64,000 nt of DNA from Vicugna vicugna (lineage: Eukaryota). The translations under genes were made by a program, and so were the position numbers. Shown one piece after another: positions 37,801 through 51,018 of this stretch. The stretch lies in assembly GCA_013265495.1 (NCBI GenBank), contig MU058213.1, positions 6,402,066 to 6,466,065 on the forward strand. Direction: 5' to 3'. Positions within the stretch are counted from its first letter, which is position 1, and each line of letters starts with the position of its first letter. The notes under the pieces were generated by a model, which saw nothing but the letters and a program-made list of their open reading frames with translations, ran no database searches and was not told the DNA's origin.

Positions 37801-39104
37801 TTTTTAACTAAAAATTTTTTTTAATTGAGTTATAGTCAGTTTACAACGTTGGGTCAATTTCTGGTGTACAGCACAGTTTTTCAGTCGTACATTAATGTAT
37901 ATATATTCGCCCTCATATTTTTCTTCACCATAAGCCACTACAAGATCTTGACTATATTTCCCTGTGCTGTACAGTATAAACTTGTTAATCTATTCTGTAA
38001 ATACATGTCTGTATCTATAAATCTCAAACTCCTAGTCTGTCCCTACCCACCTCTTCCCCCCGGCAACCACAAGTTTGTATTCTATGTCTCTGAGTCTGTT
38101 CTGTTTTATATTTAAGTTCATCTGTCTTCTTCTTTTATTTTTTTTTAGATTCCACATATGAGTGATATCCTATGGTATTTTTCTTTCTCTTTCTGGCTTA
38201 CTTCACTTAGAATGACATTCTCCAGGGACATCCAAAATGGCATTATGTTATCATTTTTATGGCTGAATATTATTCCAATGTATAAATACACCACATCTTC
38301 TTTATCCAGTCATCTGTCGATGGACATTTAGGTTGTTTCCATGTCTTGGCTACTGCAAATAGTGCTGCTATGAACATTGGGGTGCAGATGTCTTTTTGAA
38401 TTAGGGTTCCCTCCAGATATGCGCCCAGAAGTGGGACTGCTGGGTCATATGGTAAGTCTATTCCTCAACTTTTGAGGAATCTCCATACTTTTTTCCACAA
38501 TGGCTGCACCAAACTGCATTCCCACCAACAGTGTAGGAGGGTTCCCCTTTCTCCACAGCCTCTCCAGCATTTATCATTTGTGGACTTTGAATAATGGCCA
38601 TTCTGACTGGTGTGAGGTGATACTTCATTATAGTTTTGATTTGCATTTCTCTGATAATTAGTGATATTGAACAGTTTTTCATGCCTATTGGTCATTTGTA
38701 TGTCTTCACTGAAAAATTGCTTGTCTAAGTCTTCTGCCCATTTTTGGATTGGGTTTATTCCTATTAAATGAGCTGTTTATATATTCTGGAGATCAAACCT
38801 TTGTCAGTTTCATCTTTTGCAAATATTTTCTCCCATTCCGTAGGTTGTCGTTTTGTTTTACTTATGGTTTCCTTTGATGTGCAAAAGCTTGTACTTTTCA
38901 TTAGGTCCCATTTGTTTATTTTTGCTTTTATTTCTATTGCTTGGGTAGACTGCCCTAGGAGAACATTGCTGAGATGTATGTGAGCTAATATTTTGCCTAT
39001 ATTTTCTTCTAGGAGGTTTATTATGTCTTGTCTTATGTTTAAGTCTTTCATCCATTTTGAGTTTATTTTTGTGTATGGTGTGAGGGAATATTCTAGCTTC
39101 ATTG
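37801..39104 (-). mobile_element. Young L1 3' fragment with perfect 16-bp TSD
   Basis: TSD tgtggatcaatgtctt at 37785-37800 and 39105-39120. ORF2 peptide LTPYTKINSKWMKDLNIR...KINKWDLMK. Confidence 0.93.
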
Positions 39105-39324
39105 TGTGGATCAATGTCTTCTATCAGTTTTGGAAGGCTCAGGTAATATCTTGATGATCATTTCTACCCCTTGCCTTCTGGAATTCTAGGTTACAATTAA
39201 AGAACTTCACCCTATATCCTTTATTGCTCTTACCTCTCACCTGCATTTTCTAGCCTTTGACTCTAGCCTCTCATCTGCATTTTCTAGCCTTTCTATTGCT
39301 TCAATTTAGAAAGTTTCTTCAGAA

Positions 39325-39530
39325 TATTGGTGTTGGTCTGGAGCCGGCTTATACCAACTTACAAGAACCTATTGTTAAATTGTGTATGGAGGAAATTTGT
39401 GAACTGGTTGTTGAACCACTGATAACTTGAAATGGGGTGTAATAGAGGATTTATACTATGGAAATGGGCAAAAACTGTAAATTAGGGGTTTCCCTATTAA
39501 TTGGGAATGCTACTTGATTCATAGCATTGT
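39325..39530 (+). mobile_element. MER63-like hAT-Blackjack relic
   Basis: ctggagccggcttataccaacttacaagaacctattgtt...tatactatggaaatgggcaaa resembles recalled MER63. Confidence 0.55.
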
Positions 39531-40959
39531 TAATATACCGATCTGTTTAACCAAAAAGGTCAGGAAATTAGATATGGTCTGACCTCCTGAAAATTCTCTT
39601 TAGTGGAGATTTTCTCTGCTTACTACACATGGGTAATTTGTTTTGAAGCATTGAGCCTATAATTGTAGAATGATATGATACTAAAATTAGTGGCACGTAA
39701 TTTATTTTTCCGGGAACTTCATTATAAATCATAAGAGTGGTGATTAACATCAACTATCATTGTACGAGCTGTAGCTGAAAGTGATGTAGGAGACTGGTTG
39801 AATTATGAGTTCTGATCTCATGACACACCTGAACCTTTAAAATTTTACTTACAGAAAAGTTGCTATTTCACCTTCTCATTTGTTGGATCTTAACAGAACA
39901 CGGTTTGGCTGGGTGGGGTATGTGTGAGGAGAAACGTTATCTTTTATTTTCAAGAAATGAGAATATACCAGCTTAACAATCAGTAGTACATGGCTGAGCT
40001 GATAACAAATCTCATGGTAATAAAATCTGAGTATTGCCGTGATGCTGACATTGCTGACAGCAAGTGAACTCCAGATTTCAGAATTACAGACTTTGAACTC
40101 AGCTATTTCCTGAAAGCTGGAAAGTAACTGTTGTCTGTATTGGAAACATTTAAAATAACCATCTTAGAGGGGGGCAACTTTTCCTGGTTCAATAAGGACA
40201 GACATGGGGTTTTCTCTACCACTTTTTGTTGTTGTTCTGTAAGGATTCTGTCAATTGTCAGTTGAATTTAAGAAAAAGTGCCAATCTTATCTGATATTCT
40301 TACTATTTGTTAATGTATAAAAATCATTCTAGTGGCACATGCCATTGTGCCTTTATATAGTTCTGTATTTTGGGGTGTTTTTTTTCTCTCCCTAGGTATA
40401 GGGAGTAATATGTGTGTATGTAAGTAACACTAGTATACTTCTTTGGGTAAAAGTATTTGCATCTTAAATGTTCTGGTTCTAAATTAATTGATGGTCACAT
40501 ATGATTATTCACATAATTACGATTATTTTCTTCAGTATCAAAACGTCCTAAGATTTTGAAAATTCAAGAGCCTGAATCACTTTCAGCCATTAGCCTCTCA
40601 GGCTGTCGCTCCCTGCTATGCCCCAAACTGTGTTGTAATCTCAGTCTCTTTAGCACCTTTGCAAATTGAAAATATCATTTCAAGGGATAGTGAAAAGCAT
40701 GGAAAAGAGGGGTCACCTGCACTTCCTGTTTGATGAACTCATAGATTTGGTTTTTATTCCTAATTGAATGATTATAATGCTGGAAATTAAACGGCTTCTC
40801 TTGAAAGTTACCTGGATCCTTTGAACAGATGTTCAGCTGTGATTGACAGTCTTTCAAGGTCTTTCCAACCCCTCCGGTCTGAGAACAATAGGCAGTGTTT
40901 ACAATTGGCATTGCTAGACAATCTTGTGTGTATCTAAGAGATTTTTGTTTAAAACTGTA

Positions 40960-41520
40960 TCGTGACCGTGAAGAACACAACCCTACTTTGTGGCTTTCTC
41001 GACACAAGCGCCTTATATGAACCCAGTCATGGGGAAATAGCAGACAAATGCAAGGTAAGGGACATTCTACAAAATAGCTGGCTCGCACTTTTCCAGCATA
41101 TCAATGTCATTGACTACAAAGACCAAGGAAATGTTCAAGGTGAAAGGAGCTTGAAAGAGCTGTGACAACACAATGTTCTGCATGATCCAGAATTTTCTTT
41201 TGCTAAGGACTCAGGACAATGAGCAAAATGTGAGTAAATTCTGCAGATTAGGCGACAGGGTTGAATCCGTGTTAATCTTCAGATTTAGGGCATTGTGGTG
41301 TTTGAAGAGAGTGGTATTTTTTAGGAAATGCAAACTGAATTCTTTAGGGGTAAAGAGGCATTGTCTAACCATTCATGTCACTGACTTTCAAATGGTTCAG
41401 AAAGCAAATAAAATCTTAAAATTTGGGGGACCTCATGAAGGTAAAGGGAAGGTGTTGTACTAAATTTTCTGCAGTTTTTCCATAAGCCAGTTGTGTTAAA
41501 AAGTTAAAAGAAAAAACCTG
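40960..41520 (+). mobile_element. Old L1 (L1MC-like) 3'UTR
   Basis: gcagacaaatgcaaggtaagggacattctacaaaatagctggc is an L1MC motif. Confidence 0.6.
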
Positions 41521-43089
41521 CATAATGATAGGATCCTTTTGATGATACTTTTGGATGGAAAGAAGAATACAAATGAAATACTCTTATTGTGAGGTGTCCC
41601 ATAAATGTGGTGACCGACGTCAGAACATCTGTGCTGCCCAGTGAGGTCAGCACATGGGGAATAGTGACAGGTGTCAGTGACAAAACTCACCCCTTTGCCT
41701 AATGGCTATTTGGTGTAGGTTGTAAGAAAATAGGATAGTAGATATTGAGCAACTTCTCTACTATTCAATTTAATCCTCACAGCATTTCTGTTTCTGGGAA
41801 TAAGTGTTTCAGAAGTTGAGGAAATATGGCATTGACAGGTGGAATTGAAGGGACCTGGTGATACATTGGCATGAGGAAACCTTTGGTGTCAAGAATGATG
41901 CTTGGGTTTCTCTGAATAGCGGTTGGTACCCCTTACTGATGGGAGACCTAGAAGAGAGGCTGGTTTGGTTGGGAGACGGGCTGGTTAATGGAGGGGATAT
42001 TGAGATTCTAACTTGAGACATTTTCATCAGAGTTCACGAGATACCTGAGGGGGGAGGAATATACGGATAAGAATTCTACAGGAGAGGGACAGGGAGTTGA
42101 AGAAATTGGTCCCTCACCCAGTCACAGAACATCTGGGATGCGTACATGCATATGTCATGAAACAAAGAATGGGAAACCCTGGTAACTGTCAATGGTTCCA
42201 CATGGGATGGGTTTTCAGGACTACATTACCAGGGCTGAGTTTCTGCGGGGTGGCCTTGTGTCCCTACCTGCATCCTTGGCTCTGTACTGAGTTCCAGGAT
42301 GCCCTTTGGGAGAGTGGAAGGAAGACGATCACAAGAGTAAGACTGGCTGCTCAGCCGGCGCCCAGTGTTGCCCTTTCTCGGGACCTTGAATACTGGAGCT
42401 GTGGGTCATAGATGGCAGGAGCTTGGTCTGTATCAGAAACTGAGATCACAGAATATTGTTCCAAATTGAACTACACAGATGTGCTGAGAGATTTACCAGA
42501 AAGAATGATGAGAAATCCAAAGTACGACCAATAAACAGCATTGACTTATCTGCTTTTATCTCTTATCCTTGCTGCCTTTAATAACTCAAAGTCAGTATAG
42601 TTGATTATTAACACCTGGAATTTCCTGGGACAGATGGGACTACAAAGTGTGCACACCACACCCCAACTGGAAGAAATGAAATAGCAGAAATATTTCTACT
42701 TAATCTGGACTAAATAGCACAGAACGAGCAATGATGAGAGCAGAAACTAAAGGGAAAAAGAACTGACATTCCTCAGTCCCAGGTGTCACCCTTCGTAGTA
42801 AACCCAGTTTCGCTTTGCATCTGTGGACGTTTCAGGAGACCGTGTATTAACATGATGATTCCAGATCTCATCTCCTTGGGATACGTTATTGAGAGAGGTC
42901 ACTCTTGCCTCCATTCAAAGACACAGGCAAGGTCACGGTGACATCTGTGTGTTCCCCAACATTCCCAGCCCCATGTTGGTAGGTAGAGCCATGGAATCAG
43001 TTTTGGTCAATGAACTAATTAAGTAATGGTTGAAGCATTTAACTGGGATGGGGCCCTACATCTCTCCCTTCCCTGCTCCCAAAATATCA

Positions 43090-44470
43090 ATCCACTTGAT
43101 CTAACTGGTTCCCAATGACAGCATAATACATTCTTTTCCAGTGCACATGGAACTTTTACCAAGATAGACCGTATTCTGGGCCATACGTAAAACAGTTCTC
43201 AGTATACTTAAATGAATCCAAGTACTACAAAGTACGTTTTCTGGCCATAGTAAAATTAAATTAGAAATCACTAATGGAAAACTGGAAAATCTGCAATTAT
43301 TTAGAAACTAAATAACATGTCTAAATAACCCTTGTACCAAAGAGGAAATCAGAAGTAAAATTAGATACGCTGTATTTTCACTTAAAAAGTTTCTATTTAG
43401 AATCTAACTAAAGTAATACATATGGGAAATTTGTAGCACTAAACATCTATATTAGAAAAGAAAAAAGTCTCACATCAACTCAGCTTCCACTTAAAACTAC
43501 AAAAAGGAGGAAATGAAACCCAGAGGGTAAATCAATGAATAAACAAAAACAATGGAGAAATAAAAACGAGAAACCGCTGTATGTCAATTAAATATCAATA
43601 AAACTGGAAGGGAATAAACGACCAAAAACTGGTTAAGAACTTTGATAAAACTTAAAACCCTCTGGACTGATAAAGAAAAAGACATAAGATTCCAATATCA
43701 GGAATGAAAAATGTGGCATTAGTACAAAATCTGCATATAGGGAAAGGATAATACTATAAACAAATTTATGCCAATAAAAATGGCAACACAGACTAAATGA
43801 ACAAATGCCTTGAAAAGCACAAACTGCTAAAACTCACTAAAGAAGGTACAGATAACTTGAATAGCCCTACATCAATGAAAGAAAACGAAATTGTAGTTAA
43901 CCTTTCCACACCCATGAAAGCAATATATGAGCCCAGATTGCTTCGCTGGTGAATTCTACAAGACATTTAAGAAAGAAAGAATAACCTTAAATAAGCTTTT
44001 TCAGAAATTGAAGATGAGGCAGTCTGAAATTTCTATAGGGCTAGCATTTCTATAAAACAAGACAAAAACATTACAAGAAAAAAAAATCCACAGTAATATC
44101 TCACACGAATATTGATGCAAAAATTCTTAACAAAATATTAGCAAAACAAATCCAACAGTATATAATAAGGACACGAGTTTGTAACTAGGTGACATTTATC
44201 TAGGAATTCATGCTTGACTTACTGTTTGAATATCAGTGTATTTCACCATATTAAAAAACCCAAGGAAGAGCATAATAGTCTCAAAAGCTGCAGAAAATGC
44301 ATGTGACAAAATCCAACATTCATTCCTGCCTAAACTCCCAGTATACTAGGAATCTTCAATCTGGTAAAGGAAGTCTATAAAAAACCTATAGCTGCAATCA
44401 TACCCAATGGTGGAAGATTGAATGTTTACCTCCTAAGATGAGGAGCGAGCCCAGAGTATCTATTCTTCAC
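43090..44470 (+). mobile_element. Old L1 ORF2 fragment (endonuclease end to RT start)
   Basis: acattcttttccagtgcacatggaacttttaccaagatagaccgtattctgggcc and atattgatgcaaaaattcttaacaaaatattagca. Confidence 0.85.
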
Positions 44471-47212
44471 CATGTTACGCAGCGTGGTACTGGAGAGAAG
44501 TATCTGATACCACTGCCATTTCCGAAAGGTGCCCTGGTGCCTGAGCAGCGTGGAGAGTGAGCTTGAATGGTGGTTGGTCCAAAGGTGATGAAAGCTAGGC
44601 AGCCGGCAACTATGGTTGACTTTATCATAGGTCTTAGTGGGGAAGGCAAATTGGGGTGACCTGTTTGACCCTTCTATCTAATGGAGTAATGTAATGTCTA
44701 TGGAAAACACTCTCGTAATTTTCATATGCAAGGAAGAAACCAAATGTCTCCGTATCTCTAATGTCTACTGCTAGAAGAATGCATCCCTGGAGAGGTACAT
44801 AAGCTTTCATTCCACAGACGTTCGCGGGGGATCTGCTGTGTGATGCCCACACATGCATGTGTGTTAATGCATATAGATACATGCATAATAACAATGGTTA
44901 GTATCAGTAATAATACTTAACATTTAGCGATCATTTTCCATGTGCCAGCCTCTGGAACTACACCTACCTAGTAGTCACAAAAATTGTGTATGAAGTAAGC
45001 GGTATTTTATTTTCTTATTTTAGAGGTGCATATACTGAACCTTACAGAAATAATATAATTTGCTTAGGAGCTGGGGTGTGGCAGAATTTGAACCGGATCA
45101 CAGTTGTATCTAAGATCAAAGTCGGTCCCTACAAATGCTACCCAGCATGGCCTCCCTGCAGCCTGTTAGCACCTTCACTGTGATGGCCTCCAGCCCTTGG
45201 TTATGAGGACACAAGAGATGGGGTGAGGTAGGGAGGAGAAGAGGAACAAGGTGCCGGAGGACAGATGGTTATTTGATTGTTGCCTAACTGGGATTTTTCT
45301 GCGATGTCATTTCCTTGTTCATGGTTAGCCAAGAACGGTTGCTCAGTAGAGGGGTCATTGGTCATGGGGCTGTGTCCGGACACATCCAGTTATTACCTTG
45401 GGAAAGTTCATCCCTACTGGATAGCTATAATTACTTGGAAGTTTTCATCTGTAGAGTTCAGATCTGTTACTTTAACCCAAGAAATGAATGCTGGGGACCC
45501 ATCAGGCAAAGAGCATGATGCCACCACTGAAATCCCCTAACCTGAAGGAAACTTGAAGACGCCTCATAATGTTTAAATATTGCAGCAAAAAATAGGTGGA
45601 GGGAAGGAAGTATAATTAGCAAAATGTTGATAATTGCTGAAGTTGGGTACATGTGGGTTTATTATACTATACTCTCTATCTTTGAGTATTTGAAAGTTTC
45701 CACATTAAAAATTGTAAAAAGTGAAAAAAAAGTTTAAAAAAAATGATTTGAAAAAAAGAAAAAAGAAACCCCATGATGTAACTGAAGTGTCATGAGTAGT
45801 GGAAGGCAGTGGCGGGAGGGAGATGCTACAAGGGAGCATGTTGGAGGGAAGGGCCATCTCAGAGTGGCCTGGTCCCTCACCTGACCTGACCCTCCCACCA
45901 CTGTCATTGTCCTTGCTCTTCCTTGTGGGCTCAGCCCTTTTTTTTCCCCCCAATTTCTCCACAAACTCATAGTCCCTGCATATCGGTGCCGAGAGGAGAG
46001 CACCACCTCTCTGCTTTCTATTTCTGCTTTTGGACGGTGATTTGATCACCCCCTCTTAAGCCACCACCACCGGCCATATTGGCTGCTGCTCCTTCCTCCA
46101 GGTCTCCTGCAGATACCTTGAGCATCTCAGCCCCTGGATCTTGGTCTTGTCCACTACTCTGTCCCTGGTGGCCATCTAGGGCATCCCCAGTGTCCGGATG
46201 AGTGACTCACCCATCCAACATCTGGTCCCACCATATCTTCCTCCTCTTCACGTCAGCAGCCTGCTTGGACAGGTCCTCTTGCAGAATCTGAAATTACAAA
46301 CCTTAAGCTCCTTTCTCTGAAGGTGACCTTTTACGTTTTCTGTATCCTCTTTCCCCATCCACCTGCTCTGCAATAGCATCTCCACTTCTGGCTCCTCAAC
46401 ACTTCCTGATTCCCCTGATGCCTCGGTCCCCTCTGGCTTCATTTGTTTCACTTTCTGGTATGAGCCTGGTGCTCAGCCGTTTCTCTGCTCTCATGAACTT
46501 CCGTCTTTCTTCTCACTCTTAACTTTCTTTTCAGGAACATAGTCAATTTCCCACTGCAGGTAAACCTAGCTGCAAATTTCCTGTACATGTGCACAGACGC
46601 TGTTTCTATAAACCCAAACCAAAACCATGTTGCTTGACTTTATTACGAAGTTAGGCAATCACTCTTAAAGCTGCCCCCCTGAGTGCTGCTTGGTTCTTTT
46701 CTTTTTGTTACTCTCGCATTCTCCTTAGCTCTTTGGAATATTTTCATTTGCAGCCGCCTTCTTGGCCATCATTCACTCAGTGACCTAGCCTTCCACTTCT
46801 CTGAGAAGGCAGTGGTTTAAACTTTCCTGTCCCTCAATAGGATGTTGCCACCTCCCCACACGTTCTCTTCAGCTCATGTCTGTATGTCTCAGAGGAAGAA
46901 ATAGTCCTTCCTCCCGCCAGAGATAGTTCTGTCCACTCAGGCACTCATTAGCGTCAGTAATCCTCCCTTCTCTTGTATCTTCAGTTCCTCCCCACACCCT
47001 TAAGTCTACCATAGTTTAACCCAAGCATCCTCATCCTTAAACACAAACAGAATCTCTCGTTTCCTCCTCGATGTGCCTTACTACAGAACGGTGCTTGGAC
47101 TTCAATTTAGCCTCTATTTCATTCTGATTTCTGTTATAATAAGCTGCTTCAGAGTTTCATGACTTGAATCTCCTATTGTATTTGAACTTCTCATGACTGA
47201 GGATTAAAAAAA

Positions 47213-49428
47213 TTTTTTTGGAGTATAGTCAGTTACAATGTGTCAATTTCTGGTGTACAGCACAATGTCCCAGTCATGCATGTACATACATATGTTTGTT
47301 TTCATATTCATTTTCATTAAGGTTATTACAAGATATTGAATATAGCTCCCTGTGCTATACAGAAGAAATGTGTTTTGGGGGGATTTTTTAAATCTGTTTT
47401 TATATATAGTGGCTAACAGTTGTAAATCTCAAACTCCCAAATTTATCCCTTCCCACCCCCTTTCCCGGGTAACCATAAGATTGTTTACTATCTCTGTGAG
47501 TCTGTTTCTGTTTTGTAGATGAGTTCATAGTGTCCTTTTTTTTTCTTTTCTTTTTTTAGCTTCCACATGTGAGTGATATCATACGGTATTTTTCCTTCTT
47601 TTTGTGGTTTACTTCACTTAGAATGACCATCTCTAGGTCCATCCATGTTATTGCAAATGGCATAATTTTATTCTTTTATTCTGAGTGGTATTCCATTGTA
47701 TAAGTATACCACAGCTTCTTTATCCAGTCATCTGTTGATGGACACTTAGGTTGCTTCCGTGTCTTGGCTATTGTATGTAGTGAGGCGGGAAGGCCCATAA
47801 AAAGACCAGCAGGACCCCTAGGCAGGAATGCTGCTCTCCTCCCAGCACCGTCAGGTTCCCTGGCCCAGAGGCTCTATCTCACTCTTTGCCTCTAAAGTGG
47901 CTAACTTACACCTAAAATTCTATTGGTTCCCTGAGCTCATTTCTGATTGGTTATTTCCTTCACTCCTGATTGGTTATTACTTTCACTTCTGATTGGTCCA
48001 TTTGCAGTACTTCATTTGCATGGAGCTCACTCCTGATTGGTCTATTTCTACAAAGCTTGTTCCTGGTTGGTCAACTTCTGTTATACTTTATTTGCATATG
48101 ATGTCGCAAAGTGTAAAACTGGCAGCCTATAAAAGGCCTGTGTAAACCTACAGACAGGGTCCAGAGCTTGGAGTGTTAACTCCTCTGGGTCTGCTGGTGT
48201 AATAAACCTGAGTTCTCCAACTCTCCGGGTGCTCCTTGGTCTCTTGCCTGGATCCAGGTTGCTGTCACAACTGAGCTGTAACACCGAGCTATAACACATT
48301 TTCCCGCAACAATAGTGCTGCTATGAACATTGGGGTGCATGTATCTTTTTGAATTAGAGTTCCTTCCAGTTATATACCCAGAAGTGGGATTGCTGGATCA
48401 TGTGGTAAGTCTATTTTTAGTCTTTTGAGGAATCTCCATACAGTTTTCCATAATGGCTGCACCAAACTACATTCCCACCAACAGTGTAGGAGGGTTCCCT
48501 TTTCTTCACATTCTTTCCAGTATTTATCATTCATGGACTTTGGAATGACAGCTGATGTGAAGTGATACCTCATTGTAGTTTTGATTTGCATTTCTCTGAT
48601 AGTGATACTGAGCATTTTTTCATATGCCTATTGGCCATTTGTGTGTGTTCATTGGAGAATCGCTTATTTAAGTCTTCTGCCCATGTTTGGATTGGGTTGT
48701 TTGTTTTTTTGTTATTAAGTTGTATGAGCTGTTTATATATTTCTGGAAATTAAGCCTTTGTCAGTTGCATCATTTGGAAATACTTTCTCCCATTCTGTAT
48801 ATTGTCATTTTGTTTTGCTTACGGTTTCATTTGCTGTGCAAAAGTTTATATATTTAATTGGGTCCTGTTTGTTTATTTTTGCTCGTATTTCTATTGCCTG
48901 GGTAGACTGCCCTAGGAGAACATGGCTAAGGTTTATGTCAGAGAATGTTTTGTCTATGTTTTCTTCTAGGAGATTTATCATGTCTTGTCTTATATTTAAG
49001 TCTTTAAGCCATTTTGAGTTTATTTTTGTGTGTGGTGTGAGAGAGTGTTCTAACTTCATTAATTTACATGTGTCTGTCCAGTTTTCCCAGCACTGCTTGC
49101 TGAAGAGACTGCCTTCTCCATTGTATATTCTTGCTTCCTTTGTCGAAGATTAATTGACGGTAGGCTGTTGGGTTTACTTCTGGGCTCTCTATTCTGTTCC
49201 ATTGATCTGTGTGTCTGTTTTTATGCCAGCTCCACGCTGTTTTGGTTACTGTAGCTCTGTAGTATTGTCTGAAGTCTGGGAGGGTTATTCCTCCAGCTTC
49301 ATTCTTTTTCTTCAGTAACACTTTGGCAATTCTGGGTTTTTTGTGATTCTGTATAGATTTTAGGATTGTTTGTTCTAGTTCTGTGAAAAATGTCCTGGGT
49401 AATTTGATAGGGATCACATTGAATCTGT
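47213..49428 (-). mobile_element. L1 3' fragment interrupted by an LTR
   Basis: ORF2 peptide [15 protein letters not shown]...[21 protein letters not shown]. The L1 sequence resumes seamlessly across 47781-48311. Confidence 0.92.
47781..48311 (+). mobile_element. ERV1-like solo LTR nested in L1
   Basis: TG...CA termini, 4-bp TSD gtag/atag, five ATTGG boxes, ATTTGCAT x2, TATAAAA 48128-48134, AATAAA 48201-48206. Confidence 0.92.
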
Positions 49429-50901
49429 GAGAACAAAGATTTAAAATCTACTTTGTATATTTTATTCACCCTCTGCCCCAGGCTAGATGATGGAAATCAC
49501 ATTTATCCTCCAAGAATCAATTGCCCATTGAGCGTGGCCCTGATGTAGAGCACTCATGTCTCTGTTCCCTGCTGGGACCTGCAGAGGCTTGTGGTGAAAC
49601 CTGCCCCCTGCGTGACTGCAGGTAGCACAGGGATAGTGGCAGGACAGCTTCATGTTTAGGTGGAAATTATTGCAGGAAATGGCACTTTAACCTGGAATCG
49701 TCACAGGAAAGGAATGCTGTGAGGTGACTTGCTTACAGTTGTCAGGTTGCTGGATTTCCATGCTGCCTGCTTTGTGTCGTGAGCTGGAGGAATAAGGATG
49801 GGTAATATTGCAGTAGTGATTGTTGCAAGTGTTGGCTTCACAAGAGTTGTTTAGACAGTGGGATCTCTGTAGTAGGAATAATTCACATTGGCACATTTGG
49901 AAAGAATGAACCTTTAAATGCTTCAGGCAGGCAGGTGTGTTGAGCTGGATGGATGTTAAAAACAAAACAAAACAGGGCATGTATTAGCATTTAAATCAAG
50001 CAATGTAAATATCCCAGATAAATGGATCTTTTTATTATGCATGTCAAATTAAGTGAAATAATTTATTAGTCGTATGAGTCAACAGATTTTCATTTGAGTT
50101 CCTGCTATGGGCAGGGCACTGCATTAGGCACGGAGGACACAGTAGAAGCAAAGCAGAGGTCCCTGCCCTTGTGGTCAGGGAAGGCCTGACTGAGGGGGGG
50201 GAGCGTTTGTGGAGAGAGCTAAATGAAATGAGGGATCAAGGAAGAGACTATGTGAGGCAAAAGTATCCAAAGGAAGGAAATGTATGTGCAAAGGTCCTGA
50301 GGCAGGAGATGTTAGAGGAATGTCTGAGGACTAGCAAGGAGGCTAGTGAGTGAGGAATGGAATGAAGAGGGAGAATGTTGTTGCAGATACAGCCAGAGAT
50401 GTGCCTATTCGGCCAAGCTAAGGACAACATGTATGTGAAAGCACTTTGAAAGTCCCAGTTGCTGCTAAAAGGATTTAAATAGAATTAACTTACTGATTTG
50501 TTCAATAAATTACTTAGAATTGGTTGATTCTATTTATCTTGCGTATCCAGTAAAGTAAAACTGTTGTCCCACAACCCCTGTACCCACCTGATGAGATATC
50601 ATGGGCCCGTCACAAAACATATTCCTGCAAATTTTAGCAGGACGTGGCTACCTCTAGTTGTCATATAGAAGAAATAATTTATTACGGGTGTTAAGTGAAC
50701 ATTATTGTCCCTGGGCTGACTTTGCTTATGGTGTCTTCTGCCACACTGAAACAAACTTGTATCCTGTGAAGTCGCAGGCTTTCAAATTTTACTTACAGCA
50801 TCTGTGTTACTTATCTTGCTTTAAAAGATTGTCTTTCCTCTGAAGCAATACAAGTATTATCCTCCAGTTTTTCTATTGCTTTTATATTAAAATTGAGTTT
50901 T

Positions 50902-51018
50902 TTTAAATCTGTTTTTGTGTATAGTGGCTAACATTTGTAAATCTCAAGCTCCCAAATTTATCCCTTCCCCTTCCCGTTCCCCAGTAACCATAAGATTGTT
51001 TACTATGTCTGAGTCTGC
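50902..51018 (-). mobile_element. Short internal L1 3'UTR fragment with TSD
   Basis: Closely matches 47385-47505. Flanked by ttaaaattgagtttt and ttaaaactaagtttt. Confidence 0.75.
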
